Assembly (NCBI GenBank): GCA_000146465.1
Contig: CP001951.1
Strand: one strand, 5' to 3'
DNA: 64,000 bases
The notes beneath the pieces are model-generated. The model had not been told where the DNA came from, made no database searches, and saw only the letters and a list, made by a program, of their open reading frames with translations. This document shows positions 41,348-51,384 of the stretch, one piece after another. Numbering within the stretch: the first letter of the stretch is position 1; each line of letters begins with the position of its first letter. Made by a program: the position numbers and the translations under genes.

Positions 41348-43225
41348 ATGCCGCCCGAAGGTACTGATCCAGAAAGAGAAGTACCAGAAGAAAAGATAAA
41401 AGAGGAGGAAAATAAGGAGGGGCCTGGAAAAGAGGAAGAAGGAGAGAAAAAGAAGGAAGAAAAAAAAGATGATGGAGTAATAGACGATATCATTGCCAAC
41501 AACGCTGTTGATGCACCTCCTGTTGAGCCGGAAAATGAAATAATATTCACAAAGGCCAAGGTGTTTGAAGAGGAAGAGCTTTCTTTCTGGAATATAGACA
41601 GCTATTTGCACAGTAAGTTCTCCTATATCCCCGAGGTCATTAGAAGACTAATAGAAATTACCATTGTGGTATTTCTATTCATGGTTTTTCCTCTAGTTCT
41701 TTCGTTTTTGGAAGATGGAAAGGAAGTATTATACCTCCCGAAACAGGTATTTCAGAACACCGGACAAGGCCCAACATACTTATTTTTTCGGATCAACCTT
41801 TTCATATCAATGTGTTATGTGATTTACGTGGTGGTCTCTCTGTTTGCAAGTAACATACTCTATATCATGGTTGGGGTTCTAAACTTCTTTAACTACGATC
41901 TTGACGAGTACACCATAGAGATCATTCAAGTGATAAACTCGACGTCGTGGTGCTGGAAGCAATCCCTAATAGCTGCTCTGATTTTTTTGGCTGCATCAAT
42001 CACCTCCCAGCCGTATGATTTTGGAAAAAATGATGGAAGTTATAAGTACAAAGTCGTCACCATGATACTTATGTACTCTGTCTTTATATTTGTTGTGTTT
42101 CTTGAGAAATTCTTTATGTGCTTTATGATTTCAGAGATAAGAAGAAAGGAATACAGAAACAGAATATGGGATATCAATTACAAGACATTTGTGTTCAAGA
42201 AGCTTGCAGCAATTTCCGAGGTTTCTTCGTCCGAAAGGAAGGAGCTTGCAGAAACCATCCAGCCAGACTTCGATCCAGGGTTTTATTTAAAATATAACGA
42301 CTTAAAACTGAACTCGGTGGAAGCTGCAGAAATGGTTGCCGAGTCGATATTTGGATTCCTGGAAGTTCAAACGATTATATACGAAGATTTAGAGAAGTTC
42401 TTTCCCGACAATCACAAAGAAGTGTATACATACCTGGCAGACAACTCGGAAGTTAAAGATAAAGACAATCCTCCAATAACGTTTGAGGACCTTAAAGCCA
42501 AGGCAATAGCCTTGTATAAGGAGAGGACAGACATATCAAGAACTCTTCAGTCTAGAGACATTATCATAAACAAGTTAGATATAATACTGGTTGGAATTGC
42601 AATGTACTTCGGGGTTATATTAGTGATGATTCTCTTAGGAATCAACTACGAAGGGATGCTTGCGGCCATTGTTCCATCAATAGTTACCTTCAGTTGGATA
42701 TTCTCCGATACTGTCAAGGAGATATATAATTGCTTTATATTTCTTCTAGTCAACCATCCCTACGATTGTGGAGATAGGGTTGTAATCGATGGGGAAGAAC
42801 TTTATGTGTCCTCTGTTGATCTCCTATCATCCACATTCACTGGAGTGAATGGGAGACAAGTACTCATACCGACATCTACTCTGTTCAGAGCAAAGATCCA
42901 TAACATAAGAAGATCAGGAAAGCAATTTTCTGAGGTCAGCATCCTAGTAAGTAGGAAAACTTCATTTGATGCAGCACTCAGGCTTAAGGATGGAATTGCA
43001 AAAACATTTTCTGAGTCTACGAAGTCATTTTCGGGGGAGATTTATATCCGAGACTTCAGGACTGAAGGAGAAAATGTCAAGATAATTTTTGCAATACAAC
43101 ATCAGTCTAACTTCCAGGATGTTAAGAAGAAATACAGCAGAAGGGCTGAAATTGTAAATATACTAGAAAAGGAAATGAGAAGCCAGGGAATAGAGTACTT
43201 AAACTCATACAGATTCAGTGATTAG
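41348..43225 (+). CDS. MscS-like mechanosensitive ion channel with low-complexity charged N-terminal extension
   Basis: Multiple TM helices followed by the MscS beta-domain signature NHPYDCGDRVVIDGEELYVSSVDLLSSTFTGVNGRQVLIPTSTLFRAKIHNIRRS (compare hPf.vGD.i.i.g..G.V..i.l..T.l...dg..v.iPN). The N-terminal 45 aa are Lys/Glu-rich. Confidence 0.75.
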   Translation: MPPEGTDPEREVPEEKIKEEENKEGPGKEEEGEKKKEEKKDDGVIDDIIANNAVDAPPVEPENEIIFTKAKVFEEEELSFWNIDSYLHSKFSYIPEVIRRLIEITIVVFLFMVFPLVLSFLEDGKEVLYLPKQVFQNTGQGPTYLFFRINLFISMCYVIYVVVSLFASNILYIMVGVLNFFNYDLDEYTIEIIQVINSTSWCWKQSLIAALIFLAASITSQPYDFGKNDGSYKYKVVTMILMYSVFIFVVFLEKFFMCFMISEIRRKEYRNRIWDINYKTFVFKKLAAISEVSSSERKELAETIQPDFDPGFYLKYNDLKLNSVEAAEMVAESIFGFLEVQTIIYEDLEKFFPDNHKEVYTYLADNSEVKDKDNPPITFEDLKAKAIALYKERTDISRTLQSRDIIINKLDIILVGIAMYFGVILVMILLGINYEGMLAAIVPSIVTFSWIFSDTVKEIYNCFIFLLVNHPYDCGDRVVIDGEELYVSSVDLLSSTFTGVNGRQVLIPTSTLFRAKIHNIRRSGKQFSEVSILVSRKTSFDAALRLKDGIAKTFSESTKSFSGEIYIRDFRTEGENVKIIFAIQHQSNFQDVKKKYSRRAEIVNILEKEMRSQGIEYLNSYRFSD

Positions 43226-43310
43226 TTCTAAAAATAAAATACTTTTATTAGAACAGATGAAGCGTTTTGAGTGAAGATGGATTTGGGAGGGATCGAGGAC
43301 ACAGGTGGAA

Positions 43311-43381
43311 GGCGCCATGGTCCAGTGGTACGATACGTGCTTCGGGTGCACGCGACCCGAGTTCGATTCTCGGTGGCGCCC
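43311..43381 (+). tRNA. tRNA-Pro (CGG)
   Basis: GGCGCCATGGTCCAGTGGTACGATACGTGCTTCGGGTGCACGCGACCCGAGTTCGATTCTCGGTGGCGCCC: acceptor GGCGCCA/TGGCGCC, anticodon stem CGTGC/GCACG with loop UUCGGGU, T-arm CCGAG-TTCGATT-CTCGG. A TTTTT run follows. The D-arm pairing is weak, so isotype and coordinates are +/-2 and moderately confident. Confidence 0.65.
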
Positions 43382-43470
43382 GAGGCTTTTTCATTTTCTT
43401 AGAATCGTATGCTTTTCGCCCGCAACAATACCTAAATGAATACTAGTTCGGTGGGAAGTCACCCCTATAA

Positions 43471-43938
43471 ATGGAGTTTGGAGACAAAGTAATTCCCTAC
43501 GATCATGTCATCATAAAGACAATGCATTCGTTTATATTCACAAACCTCAGGCCTTTTCTTCCCCTTCACATACTTGTATCTCCCATATCTAAAAAGCAGA
43601 GGATATATGAGTTAACGAATGAGGAAACATCCGACCTATTCAACACAGTAAGAGTTGCGATGTTAGGTCTCAAAGACCTATGCGATGGATTTACATTAGG
43701 TGTCCAAGATGGTTCCTGTGCTGGGCAGACGGTGTTTCATGTTCATGTCCATATAGTTCCCAGGGTAGTTAAAGATCTTGAAAGAAACGATGATATATAC
43801 GAAAAAGGCGCTTTGGATTCTGCCGACAGGCCGGCAAGGGAATACGATGAGATGAAGAAGGAAGCTGCAAAGCTTAGAAAAATCATAGGGAGAGCCTTTG
43901 ACTCTGAAGGATTATATTATCAGAACAGCTTTGAATGA
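43471..43938 (+). CDS. Histidine-triad (HIT) nucleotide hydrolase, Fhit-like
   Basis: Histidine triad VFHVHVHIVPR and upstream nucleotide-binding residues. Size about 155 aa. Upstream context is acccctataaATG. Confidence 0.75.
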   Translation: MEFGDKVIPYDHVIIKTMHSFIFTNLRPFLPLHILVSPISKKQRIYELTNEETSDLFNTVRVAMLGLKDLCDGFTLGVQDGSCAGQTVFHVHVHIVPRVVKDLERNDDIYEKGALDSADRPAREYDEMKKEAAKLRKIIGRAFDSEGLYYQNSFE

Positions 43939-43987
43939 TTCTCCCATTGCTTTCTACAATAAAGTAGATTTTTATTAGGGCCCACGC

Positions 43988-44767
43988 ATGTTGGAGCTTC
44001 CCCCAGATACCAGAAAAGGCTTTTTATATCTGGTCGATAGAGAAGTCTTCTCCAAGTTCAAGGGATATGTAGATCTTGACTTCCTGTATGAAGAAGACCA
44101 TGGTGAAGTAAAAGTAGCCTCTGTCAGTGTATTAGAAGATAGTTTTATGTGGTCTGAGGGAAATGAGGAGAAGTCTGCTCTCCCAAGTGAATTTAGATGT
44201 TCCCATGGAAACGAGATAACTCATAAATCATTGAATCTTCTTCCCCAGGAGGGATGGGAAGAGTTGATAGACTGCTGGTCATGCCACAACTGCGAGTTCA
44301 GAACCATGCTAGATCTCAAACTTCGGCCTAGAGAAGGGGGTCTGCTTCTTTCCGATTTCTTTTTCCTTGTAAATGATCGAGATCTCCCAGAATGCTGTAG
44401 AAAAAATGATTCTTCTGTAAGAAAGCTGTTCTACAACGAAATTGAGCAAGAGGAATTCACCCACAGAGCTCTAATCTACTCATATATGAACCTTCATTTT
44501 CGAAACAAGAATGTTCTTTTACTTGAAGTAAACGAAAAGAAATACGAGATTAGGTACTTTTATAAGACAATGTTGGTATCTGCAAATGGGAAGAGTTTGG
44601 AGAAAAAGGAGGCAATGAAGGTAGGAATCAAAGAAACGGACAAGCTTCTGGAAGAAAATAAGAACATAAACAATTTCTATTCTAAGCTTATATGGGATGC
44701 AGTAACATTAGGCGCAGTTGGAATAACTGCCCTAGGATATGGAATTTCATTTGTAACAGAAAAGTAA
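43988..44767 (+). CDS. Hypothetical Cys/His-containing protein with C-terminal transmembrane anchor
   Basis: Clean ATG (gggcccacgcATG). CWSCHNCEF and FRCSHGNE Cys/His clusters. The C-terminal hydrophobic segment LIWDAVTLGAVGITALGYGISFV suggests a tail-anchored protein. No family recognised. Confidence 0.45.
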   Translation: MLELPPDTRKGFLYLVDREVFSKFKGYVDLDFLYEEDHGEVKVASVSVLEDSFMWSEGNEEKSALPSEFRCSHGNEITHKSLNLLPQEGWEELIDCWSCHNCEFRTMLDLKLRPREGGLLLSDFFFLVNDRDLPECCRKNDSSVRKLFYNEIEQEEFTHRALIYSYMNLHFRNKNVLLLEVNEKKYEIRYFYKTMLVSANGKSLEKKEAMKVGIKETDKLLEENKNINNFYSKLIWDAVTLGAVGITALGYGISFVTEK

Positions 44768-44835
44768 AATTGCTGTTAATTTATTGATTTTTGGAATCTT
44801 ACTTGGGAATAGCCCAAGACGATACTTAACGGTGC

Positions 44836-47800
44836 CTACAGCTGAAGAAGCTGATACCCGCTCTTGTTATGTTTTCTTTCGATTATACTAAGTAGTTTTC
44901 TAGCTGCACTTGAAATCTCTTTTCGGGTGCTATCCACGACAAGTGCAAAGTACGGAGAGCTTTTGACAAGGCATTTCTTGAAGTGATAGACCTTTTGGTA
45001 TAGAACTTGAAGTAATTTCAGAATAATAACTGTCTTGTCTCCTTTCATACTGTTGAGTATTAGATCGTTGGCATCCTCGATTTCTTTTGGATTGTGTCTA
45101 AGGATGCTACCAATACACCTTGCATACAGAACATCCGGATCATCACAGTAAAACAAAAAGAGAATTTCAAACATCTTTCTGTGAGGAAGACCATACTCCG
45201 AATCCCAGTATAGATAATCGGTTATAAATGATATCGCATCTTTATCCTTCTCTTCGACCAGCTTAACCATGACATCTGCATATGGCTTGAAGATTTTAAA
45301 GCAAAGAGAAAAAGATGCCTGGGATACTTGGAAGAAAACGCATCTATTTCTTTCGTAGATGATCCTTAGAAGAGATTGGATCTCTTCGTCTGCCTCAGGG
45401 TTTACCTTTAGATAAACCTCAAAGAACTTCGTAAGAAGCTTGCCTTTCAACTTCGAGACATTTGAGCCAAGGAACTTCACAACCTTTATGAGTACAGACG
45501 GTGAAACCGAAAGTCCCGAGGTATCAAGTACCTTGTGCATGAAGTCAAGATGATGTTCGTCTGGAGCGTCTACGTATGCCTTTATTGCTCCTGTCAGGAG
45601 GTATCGTGAATCAATTTCGAGCATGCAATCTTGCAGCTCAGGAAATTTCTGGAGAATGTCTTTAACGTAAGGTCCCATGATGTTTTTATGCTTCTCAAAG
45701 AGTATTCTGACAGACTCCTTCTTATGTTCTATCATGCAGGGTGCAATCATAGGTACAAACTGCAAGGAATCGAATGGAAGTTTCCTCAGAAGAATATCAA
45801 AAAGGCTACTTCGGAAACTATAATCCGAATTCTTGGCTACATCCATGAGTTTTTGGTAGTCTATGGAGGCTTCATCTTCCACAATTGTCTCGAAGAGATC
45901 GAGATCACCTTTGAAATCAGAAAAGTTGCCAAGAAAGTAGTCAAAGCAGAATTGCCGGTACTTATCATATTGCAGAACTAGTTCGGAAACAATGACCTTT
46001 ATAACATTCCATTCTCTTATCGTAGTGCATTTGATAAGATGAGGAATGTACTTACTTTGAAATAGTGCTTTGACTATTCTTTCTCCTCCAAACTCGACCA
46101 GAGAAGAAGAATATCGGATAAAATCCTCCTCATCTTTAGGAAGCAAGTTTTGTTTGGATGTTGTTTCAATGAAGTCTACCACATGTTCATTCCTTCTATT
46201 TCCAAGAATCTTACAAAACCCGTACTTTCTACACAGAGATAAAAGAGCATCATGGTGTCTTTCCACAAGACACTCGTCAATCACCTCTTCTTTATATCTG
46301 TATAGTCTATCAACCACATCGTAATTGTCTTTTGAAAATCCTTTTGTGCTCAGAATCTTTTCGCAGTTTTCTTTACTCACAACCTCAAGATGAATCCTCA
46401 GTCCTGAGTAAAAAGCCGGATAAAACCACATCTTATCTATCAACCATCCGAAGACATCGTTTATGAGTTCTTCATCCTTCACCTGCTGTAAATACCCACA
46501 CAGTGCATCCATATGTGCCTTAGATGAGAACTCCATGGCCTTCTTCAGTAGTCTTCTGCTCATCTCTACTTCAAAACCTCTGGCCTTTTCAGAGAGATAG
46601 TTCAGATAGGCCGGGTTGGTGTAAAATTCCTTTTGGATAATTATAGTTGCCAGATCTATGTTCATGAGCTTGGCTGTGTCGATGATGTTTTTCACAAAGA
46701 CATTTTCTTGGCATTCGTCCATCAATGAAAAAAGTACTTTCTCATCAAGGTAGTCCACAAAGACATTTCCATCATATTTCACATACTTCAAGCAGGTTTT
46801 CATAATCTTCATCAGATCATTCTCTACCATCTTCCGGGGCATGTTCATCACAACTATGCTGTAATTTCCTTCGGTTATAAGACTTTCCCATAACCACGGA
46901 GACTGTTCTGAAAGATATGCTTTGTCGGCATCTCCCATGTGCGGAATAAGTGTTGAGACATTCTTAGGAAACCTCTGACTAAGAAGCTTGACAAGACCCT
47001 TCTTGTCTTCCAACTCCCTAAACAGATTGATATAGTCAAAGATTTCCCCATCGAGATTCTTTTCTTCAATTCCACAAAGAGTCTTCAGAGCTCCGATCTC
47101 TATCTCATTGATCGACTTCAAAGATAGTTCTTCTCTATGGAGCCACATCACATAGTCTTTATATCTGCTGCTGTCTCTCAGAATCTGTCTGTCGTTCCCA
47201 CTATCATATATCTTCCTAAAAAGTGCACTTTCTTCATGGGGAATATCCTCTTTATGACTTACCTCTTCAAGCTTTCTTGACATCAGATATTCCTTGGCAA
47301 AATAGGGCTCCAACAACTCAACAAACTCATCAAGAACTCCCTCGACATGGTCTCTTATTTCGAAGAAAATCTTGACTGCTGCATCACTTTCTCCAGACTT
47401 GGTGAGATGGGATATCATCTCATAGAACTGCATGGAAAAGTCTTTGTCTGTATTCTTAATCCCTGAAACTATATATCCAGTTACATCAAGACAAAAGTCT
47501 TGGATATACTTGAAATGCTCAAAATATCCTACAAAGAAATCAAAAAAGTGCTTCTCTCTCAAACAAAGATTCCCAATAAACTGATACGAATAGGTTGGTT
47601 GAATTGAGAAGTAGTTGAAATCAGATCTCTGACTTATGCATAAAACCTGGCCATAGTACTTCTTAAATGGAAGAAGAAAGAAAATCATCTCCTTTGGGTT
47701 GAAAGTGTCACACATATATCTTCGGACAAGATATTCAAACAAATATTCGATATCCTTTACATTCCCATATCTGACCAATTCTTTCAAAAACTCCGAAAAT

Positions 47801-48054
47801 CCCCTGTTAAACTTTCTCTCCTCCTCCTCTGTCTGCCTCTGTCGGTCAAAAAATAGGCTTTTGGTTTTTGTGTATGGTGTTTGGATTGGAATCAGTTCAA
47901 GAATTGTTTCTTCGTCCATGTCCTCTGTATCTCCAAATCTCACTCTTCCCTTCATCTCAGAGTGAGCAGCTCTTCTGCATTTCTTCAGCCTCAGCAACTG
48001 ATCTTTTAGCGACATGAGGGCTTTTGGTATAAAATAATAACATCCTTTGAGCAT
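44836..48054 (-). CDS. Large hypothetical alpha-helical protein (1073 aa)
   Basis: Uninterrupted 3.2-kb ORF. The track start is a TTG, so the ATG two codons later is used. All-helical, repeat-like composition (HEAT/ARM-like) without catalytic motifs. Its start lies 16 bp downstream of the HMGS stop. Confidence 0.6.
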   Translation of the reverse strand: MLKGCYYFIPKALMSLKDQLLRLKKCRRAAHSEMKGRVRFGDTEDMDEETILELIPIQTPYTKTKSLFFDRQRQTEEEERKFNRGFSEFLKELVRYGNVKDIEYLFEYLVRRYMCDTFNPKEMIFFLLPFKKYYGQVLCISQRSDFNYFSIQPTYSYQFIGNLCLREKHFFDFFVGYFEHFKYIQDFCLDVTGYIVSGIKNTDKDFSMQFYEMISHLTKSGESDAAVKIFFEIRDHVEGVLDEFVELLEPYFAKEYLMSRKLEEVSHKEDIPHEESALFRKIYDSGNDRQILRDSSRYKDYVMWLHREELSLKSINEIEIGALKTLCGIEEKNLDGEIFDYINLFRELEDKKGLVKLLSQRFPKNVSTLIPHMGDADKAYLSEQSPWLWESLITEGNYSIVVMNMPRKMVENDLMKIMKTCLKYVKYDGNVFVDYLDEKVLFSLMDECQENVFVKNIIDTAKLMNIDLATIIIQKEFYTNPAYLNYLSEKARGFEVEMSRRLLKKAMEFSSKAHMDALCGYLQQVKDEELINDVFGWLIDKMWFYPAFYSGLRIHLEVVSKENCEKILSTKGFSKDNYDVVDRLYRYKEEVIDECLVERHHDALLSLCRKYGFCKILGNRRNEHVVDFIETTSKQNLLPKDEEDFIRYSSSLVEFGGERIVKALFQSKYIPHLIKCTTIREWNVIKVIVSELVLQYDKYRQFCFDYFLGNFSDFKGDLDLFETIVEDEASIDYQKLMDVAKNSDYSFRSSLFDILLRKLPFDSLQFVPMIAPCMIEHKKESVRILFEKHKNIMGPYVKDILQKFPELQDCMLEIDSRYLLTGAIKAYVDAPDEHHLDFMHKVLDTSGLSVSPSVLIKVVKFLGSNVSKLKGKLLTKFFEVYLKVNPEADEEIQSLLRIIYERNRCVFFQVSQASFSLCFKIFKPYADVMVKLVEEKDKDAISFITDYLYWDSEYGLPHRKMFEILFLFYCDDPDVLYARCIGSILRHNPKEIEDANDLILNSMKGDKTVIILKLLQVLYQKVYHFKKCLVKSSPYFALVVDSTRKEISSAARKLLSIIERKHNKSGYQLLQL

Positions 48055-48070
48055 ATCCAAGATAGGGAAT

Positions 48071-49216
48071 TTATTCCATCAAACATTCATAATGTCTCTC
48101 AAACGAGGAAATTCTCTTCAAATAGTATCCGGGCAATGATACTCCTTCCCGGGGCTCATAGTTGTCTTGTGGCACCGGCTCCTCAACAAGTTTCACAAAC
48201 TCCGGGTACAATATTTTTCTTCTTTCTAATAATCTTTTTTCAAATCCCGTGACAATACATCCCTGGGAGATTCTTTCCAAGCAAAACATCGAGCTGCATG
48301 TTCCAGATCCATAGGAGAACATTAAAATCTTCTCCCCAATCTTTCCATCGTGTCCGTCAAGCAAAGAGATTAACGAAAGATACAAAGAAGCCGAATATGC
48401 GTTTCCGTTCTTTCTGGATGCTTCCAAGGATTTTAGAAACTTCTTTCTATCTATGTGGTTTGCAACACACATCTTTTCAGGGAGTCTTGTGTATGGAGAG
48501 TGGAGTACAATATAATCAAAGGTTTCATCCCCCATCTTCTCCCTAAACTTCCCATAGCACACCTCAAATGCAGTCCTATAGTTCTCTATTGATTCCTTTC
48601 CCTTAACAACTGGAAATGGATGCGTCTTCCTAGGCTTCATAAAGTCAAATTGGTTTGTAAAGTAGTGAATGATGCTTGATGGAACGATTCTGTAGATGCT
48701 ATTTGGCCCCACCAGGATTGCAACTGCCCCTGCCCCTCCTGTAGGCTGGCAACGTTTATCTTTATACATGGCTACATCGGTAGCAACAACTATTGCAAGC
48801 CTTCCATCCCATAAGGATGATTCCATCCATGAAACTGCATTTAATAGTGCATTTGTTGCACTGTAGCAGGCATGTACACTATCACAACCGCATATCGATG
48901 TGTTTCCCGGGAATAGGTCTGTAAGGTACGACTTGATGGACTTGGATCCATCCGGATTGCTTTCGGTTCCGACTTCAAGTCTCCCAACGCTTTGGGGACT
49001 CAGTTTATACTTTTTCATGAGTTTACTCACTGCATTCAGAGCAAGAGAAATGGAATCTTCCCTTCTAGATGGAACCCCCATCTGTTCCAATCCTAGCCCT
49101 ATTTTGATTTTGTCAACTTCGAAGTCAATGTTATTAGCAACCTCCTCCTGGTCGATGTAGAGAGAAGGAAGTTGGTATTCAAGTCCTACAATCCCAAACA
49201 TATTCTTTGCCGGCAT
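48071..49216 (-). CDS. ERG13: Hydroxymethylglutaryl-CoA synthase (mevalonate pathway)
   Basis: IVGLEYQLPSLYIDQEEV..IGLGLEQMG, active-site region ...HACYSATNALLNAVSWMES, and the C-terminal thiolase-fold blocks are colinear with HMGCS. Confidence 0.85.
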   Translation of the reverse strand: MPAKNMFGIVGLEYQLPSLYIDQEEVANNIDFEVDKIKIGLGLEQMGVPSRREDSISLALNAVSKLMKKYKLSPQSVGRLEVGTESNPDGSKSIKSYLTDLFPGNTSICGCDSVHACYSATNALLNAVSWMESSLWDGRLAIVVATDVAMYKDKRCQPTGGAGAVAILVGPNSIYRIVPSSIIHYFTNQFDFMKPRKTHPFPVVKGKESIENYRTAFEVCYGKFREKMGDETFDYIVLHSPYTRLPEKMCVANHIDRKKFLKSLEASRKNGNAYSASLYLSLISLLDGHDGKIGEKILMFSYGSGTCSSMFCLERISQGCIVTGFEKRLLERRKILYPEFVKLVEEPVPQDNYEPREGVSLPGYYLKRISSFERHYECLME

Positions 49217-49433
49217 CTTCGGGGTAGGGCCATTCTGTATTTCAATAAGGTCTTCATTTACGGTTTTACGGTGGAATTAAAATGAGAAAGGCTTTTGAAG
49301 AGGCAAGAGAAATACTTGTTTGCTATAATAATGTTTTTAGTAAAAGTTGTGGAACGTCCTTCGTATTTGTATGCTGCCATTTTCTGTTTATATTCTATGA
49401 ATATAAATACAACTGGAAGCATATCATACACTT

Positions 49434-51065
49434 CTAGAACTCGTCTAACTCAATGTAGGTATTTTTCTCAACCGACGTCTGAAACTTTCCGTTCAGGTAT
49501 TTCACGATGAAACACCAAATCACAATTATGATTCCAACCAGTAATCCCAACACACCCGAGACAATACGGATGTCGGTTATATCCCATATCCCCGTCATGA
49601 CAGTGCACATTACAGATCCCAAGGACTTTCCAAGTTTTCCACAAAGTCCATCGTAAATGGCCTTGTACTTTGCCCTGTATAGAGGATCTATTTGCATTGA
49701 GATCGCCTCCTTCGAAACATCTGCTCCAAGGTACTTCCCTATCTTTAAAGATGCATTTGTTATAAGTCCAAGGGTGTTTTCAAGAAAAAATACAGGTTGC
49801 TTTCCTTTGAAAAAGGACTTAAATAGTCCACTCTTCCCCGAATACACTCCTACGTTGTAGAAGGCAATAAGAAACACAGAAAAGAACGAGAACACAACCA
49901 CAGCTATGGGAATCGAAGCCACATACTTCCAATACCCCATCTTAATCAAAGCAGAATAGGGGGTGTTGATGACAATAAGAAGAGTCATCGCAATAATTAT
50001 CTGCTCCGAACCATTATAGAAGTTTGAGAATGTTTCCTTCGAGTTGTTTGTATATTTTGCTCCTGCTGCCAATCCACTTTTGAATGTTGCTTCTATTAGT
50101 GTAGAAGACACTCCATAAAGAAGCACGTTTAAGGATATAGCTACAAGTAACTTTGATTTGGATAAGCTCTTCCCAGCTTCTTTTAGTTTGAGTTCCTTTT
50201 GTTTCACGGGCGTCTCTTTTATTTCCTTAATAAGAAACACAGGCACAGGGAGGATTTTCTTTTCTATGTACTTCTTCAATACAAGAACCCCAATCACTCC
50301 AAAAGCCAGCAGTAAAATTAGTATTTCAAATCCTAGCTCCTTCGTCTCAAACACAACGCTATCTCTCCACCTGTTGAATATCAATGTAAAAACAGCAGAC
50401 AGAAAGATCGAAATTGCATTTGATATGTTATAGACTGTTATGTATCTCTGGGATTGCCTTCTTGTTGAAATCTCGTTTGTAAAGACGTTGAAGAAGTACG
50501 ACACCACAAGAGCTCCCCACATTTCCGAACACAGAAAGAGAAATGAAGATGTCCATTCGTTGAAAACTAAAAACACAGGATATAAGAAGTGAATTCTTAA
50601 AGACTCCATTTTTCCGTCTCCGAAGATGTCTCTTGACCAGTAAAAGTCTTTTTGTATATATGCTTTAAATGGCCACATGACCAGTCCAAAGAAAAAATAG
50701 CACCCGGAGAAGAGAATCAGAGTGATATCGAACATTTTGGATGGGTTGAAGAAGTTCAGCCCAAAGTGAATGGCCCAGACAAAAATCAGAGAACAAGGAG
50801 GAAGAAAAATCGACTTGATGAAAAACATGGACATGGGATCTTGTCTTCCCATAAGGACCATTTCTCTTAAGTTTCCCATTATCGTATGCACCATTGTTAT
50901 AACTCCGAATAGAAGTGACAAGTAGAGAACCCTGGGCCACTCGTTTCTTGCTATTCTTATGTGTTTGAAGAACCCTGTCTTCTTGTAGACCTCCTCTTCC
51001 AGCTCCTCTTCTGTTCTAAAGAGGCAAGAGTTCTTAGGAGATGTTGATGGCTGAATATAGCTCAT
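49434..51065 (-). CDS. ADP/ATP nucleotide transporter (NTT, TLC family), paralog 2 of 3
   Basis: 543 aa, about 12 TM segments. FYWSRDIFGDGKMESLRIHFLYPVFLVFNEWTSSFLFLCSEMWGALVVSYFF and C-terminal ...[27 protein letters not shown] are shared with paralogs 1 and 3. Confidence 0.8.
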   Translation of the reverse strand: MSYIQPSTSPKNSCLFRTEEELEEEVYKKTGFFKHIRIARNEWPRVLYLSLLFGVITMVHTIMGNLREMVLMGRQDPMSMFFIKSIFLPPCSLIFVWAIHFGLNFFNPSKMFDITLILFSGCYFFFGLVMWPFKAYIQKDFYWSRDIFGDGKMESLRIHFLYPVFLVFNEWTSSFLFLCSEMWGALVVSYFFNVFTNEISTRRQSQRYITVYNISNAISIFLSAVFTLIFNRWRDSVVFETKELGFEILILLLAFGVIGVLVLKKYIEKKILPVPVFLIKEIKETPVKQKELKLKEAGKSLSKSKLLVAISLNVLLYGVSSTLIEATFKSGLAAGAKYTNNSKETFSNFYNGSEQIIIAMTLLIVINTPYSALIKMGYWKYVASIPIAVVVFSFFSVFLIAFYNVGVYSGKSGLFKSFFKGKQPVFFLENTLGLITNASLKIGKYLGADVSKEAISMQIDPLYRAKYKAIYDGLCGKLGKSLGSVMCTVMTGIWDITDIRIVSGVLGLLVGIIIVIWCFIVKYLNGKFQTSVEKNTYIELDEF

Positions 51066-51384
51066 TTAGGGTTGTGCAAGCCGTTAATAAAAATTGATTA
51101 AAAATCGAAAGATTCTCTGGATGGGCTTGAATTTGGACAAGGGCCGCTTATCTTGGGATTGGAGAGCCTCCAATTTAATTTGTTCTTTCAAATAAAGTAA
51201 TTGCTTTATATGGCTACTTAATAATAGTCTTTGGCACTTGCTTCTAGAGTTTCCGATAGTAGTGCAATGGAAAATTTCTTGTAGTCTCAAGAAACAAAGA
51301 TTTTAACGTTACCCAGGTGCTGGGTATAAGACCATCTATCTATGTTCAGGATATTTTAATCCGAGAAATGTCCATCCTGATAAA

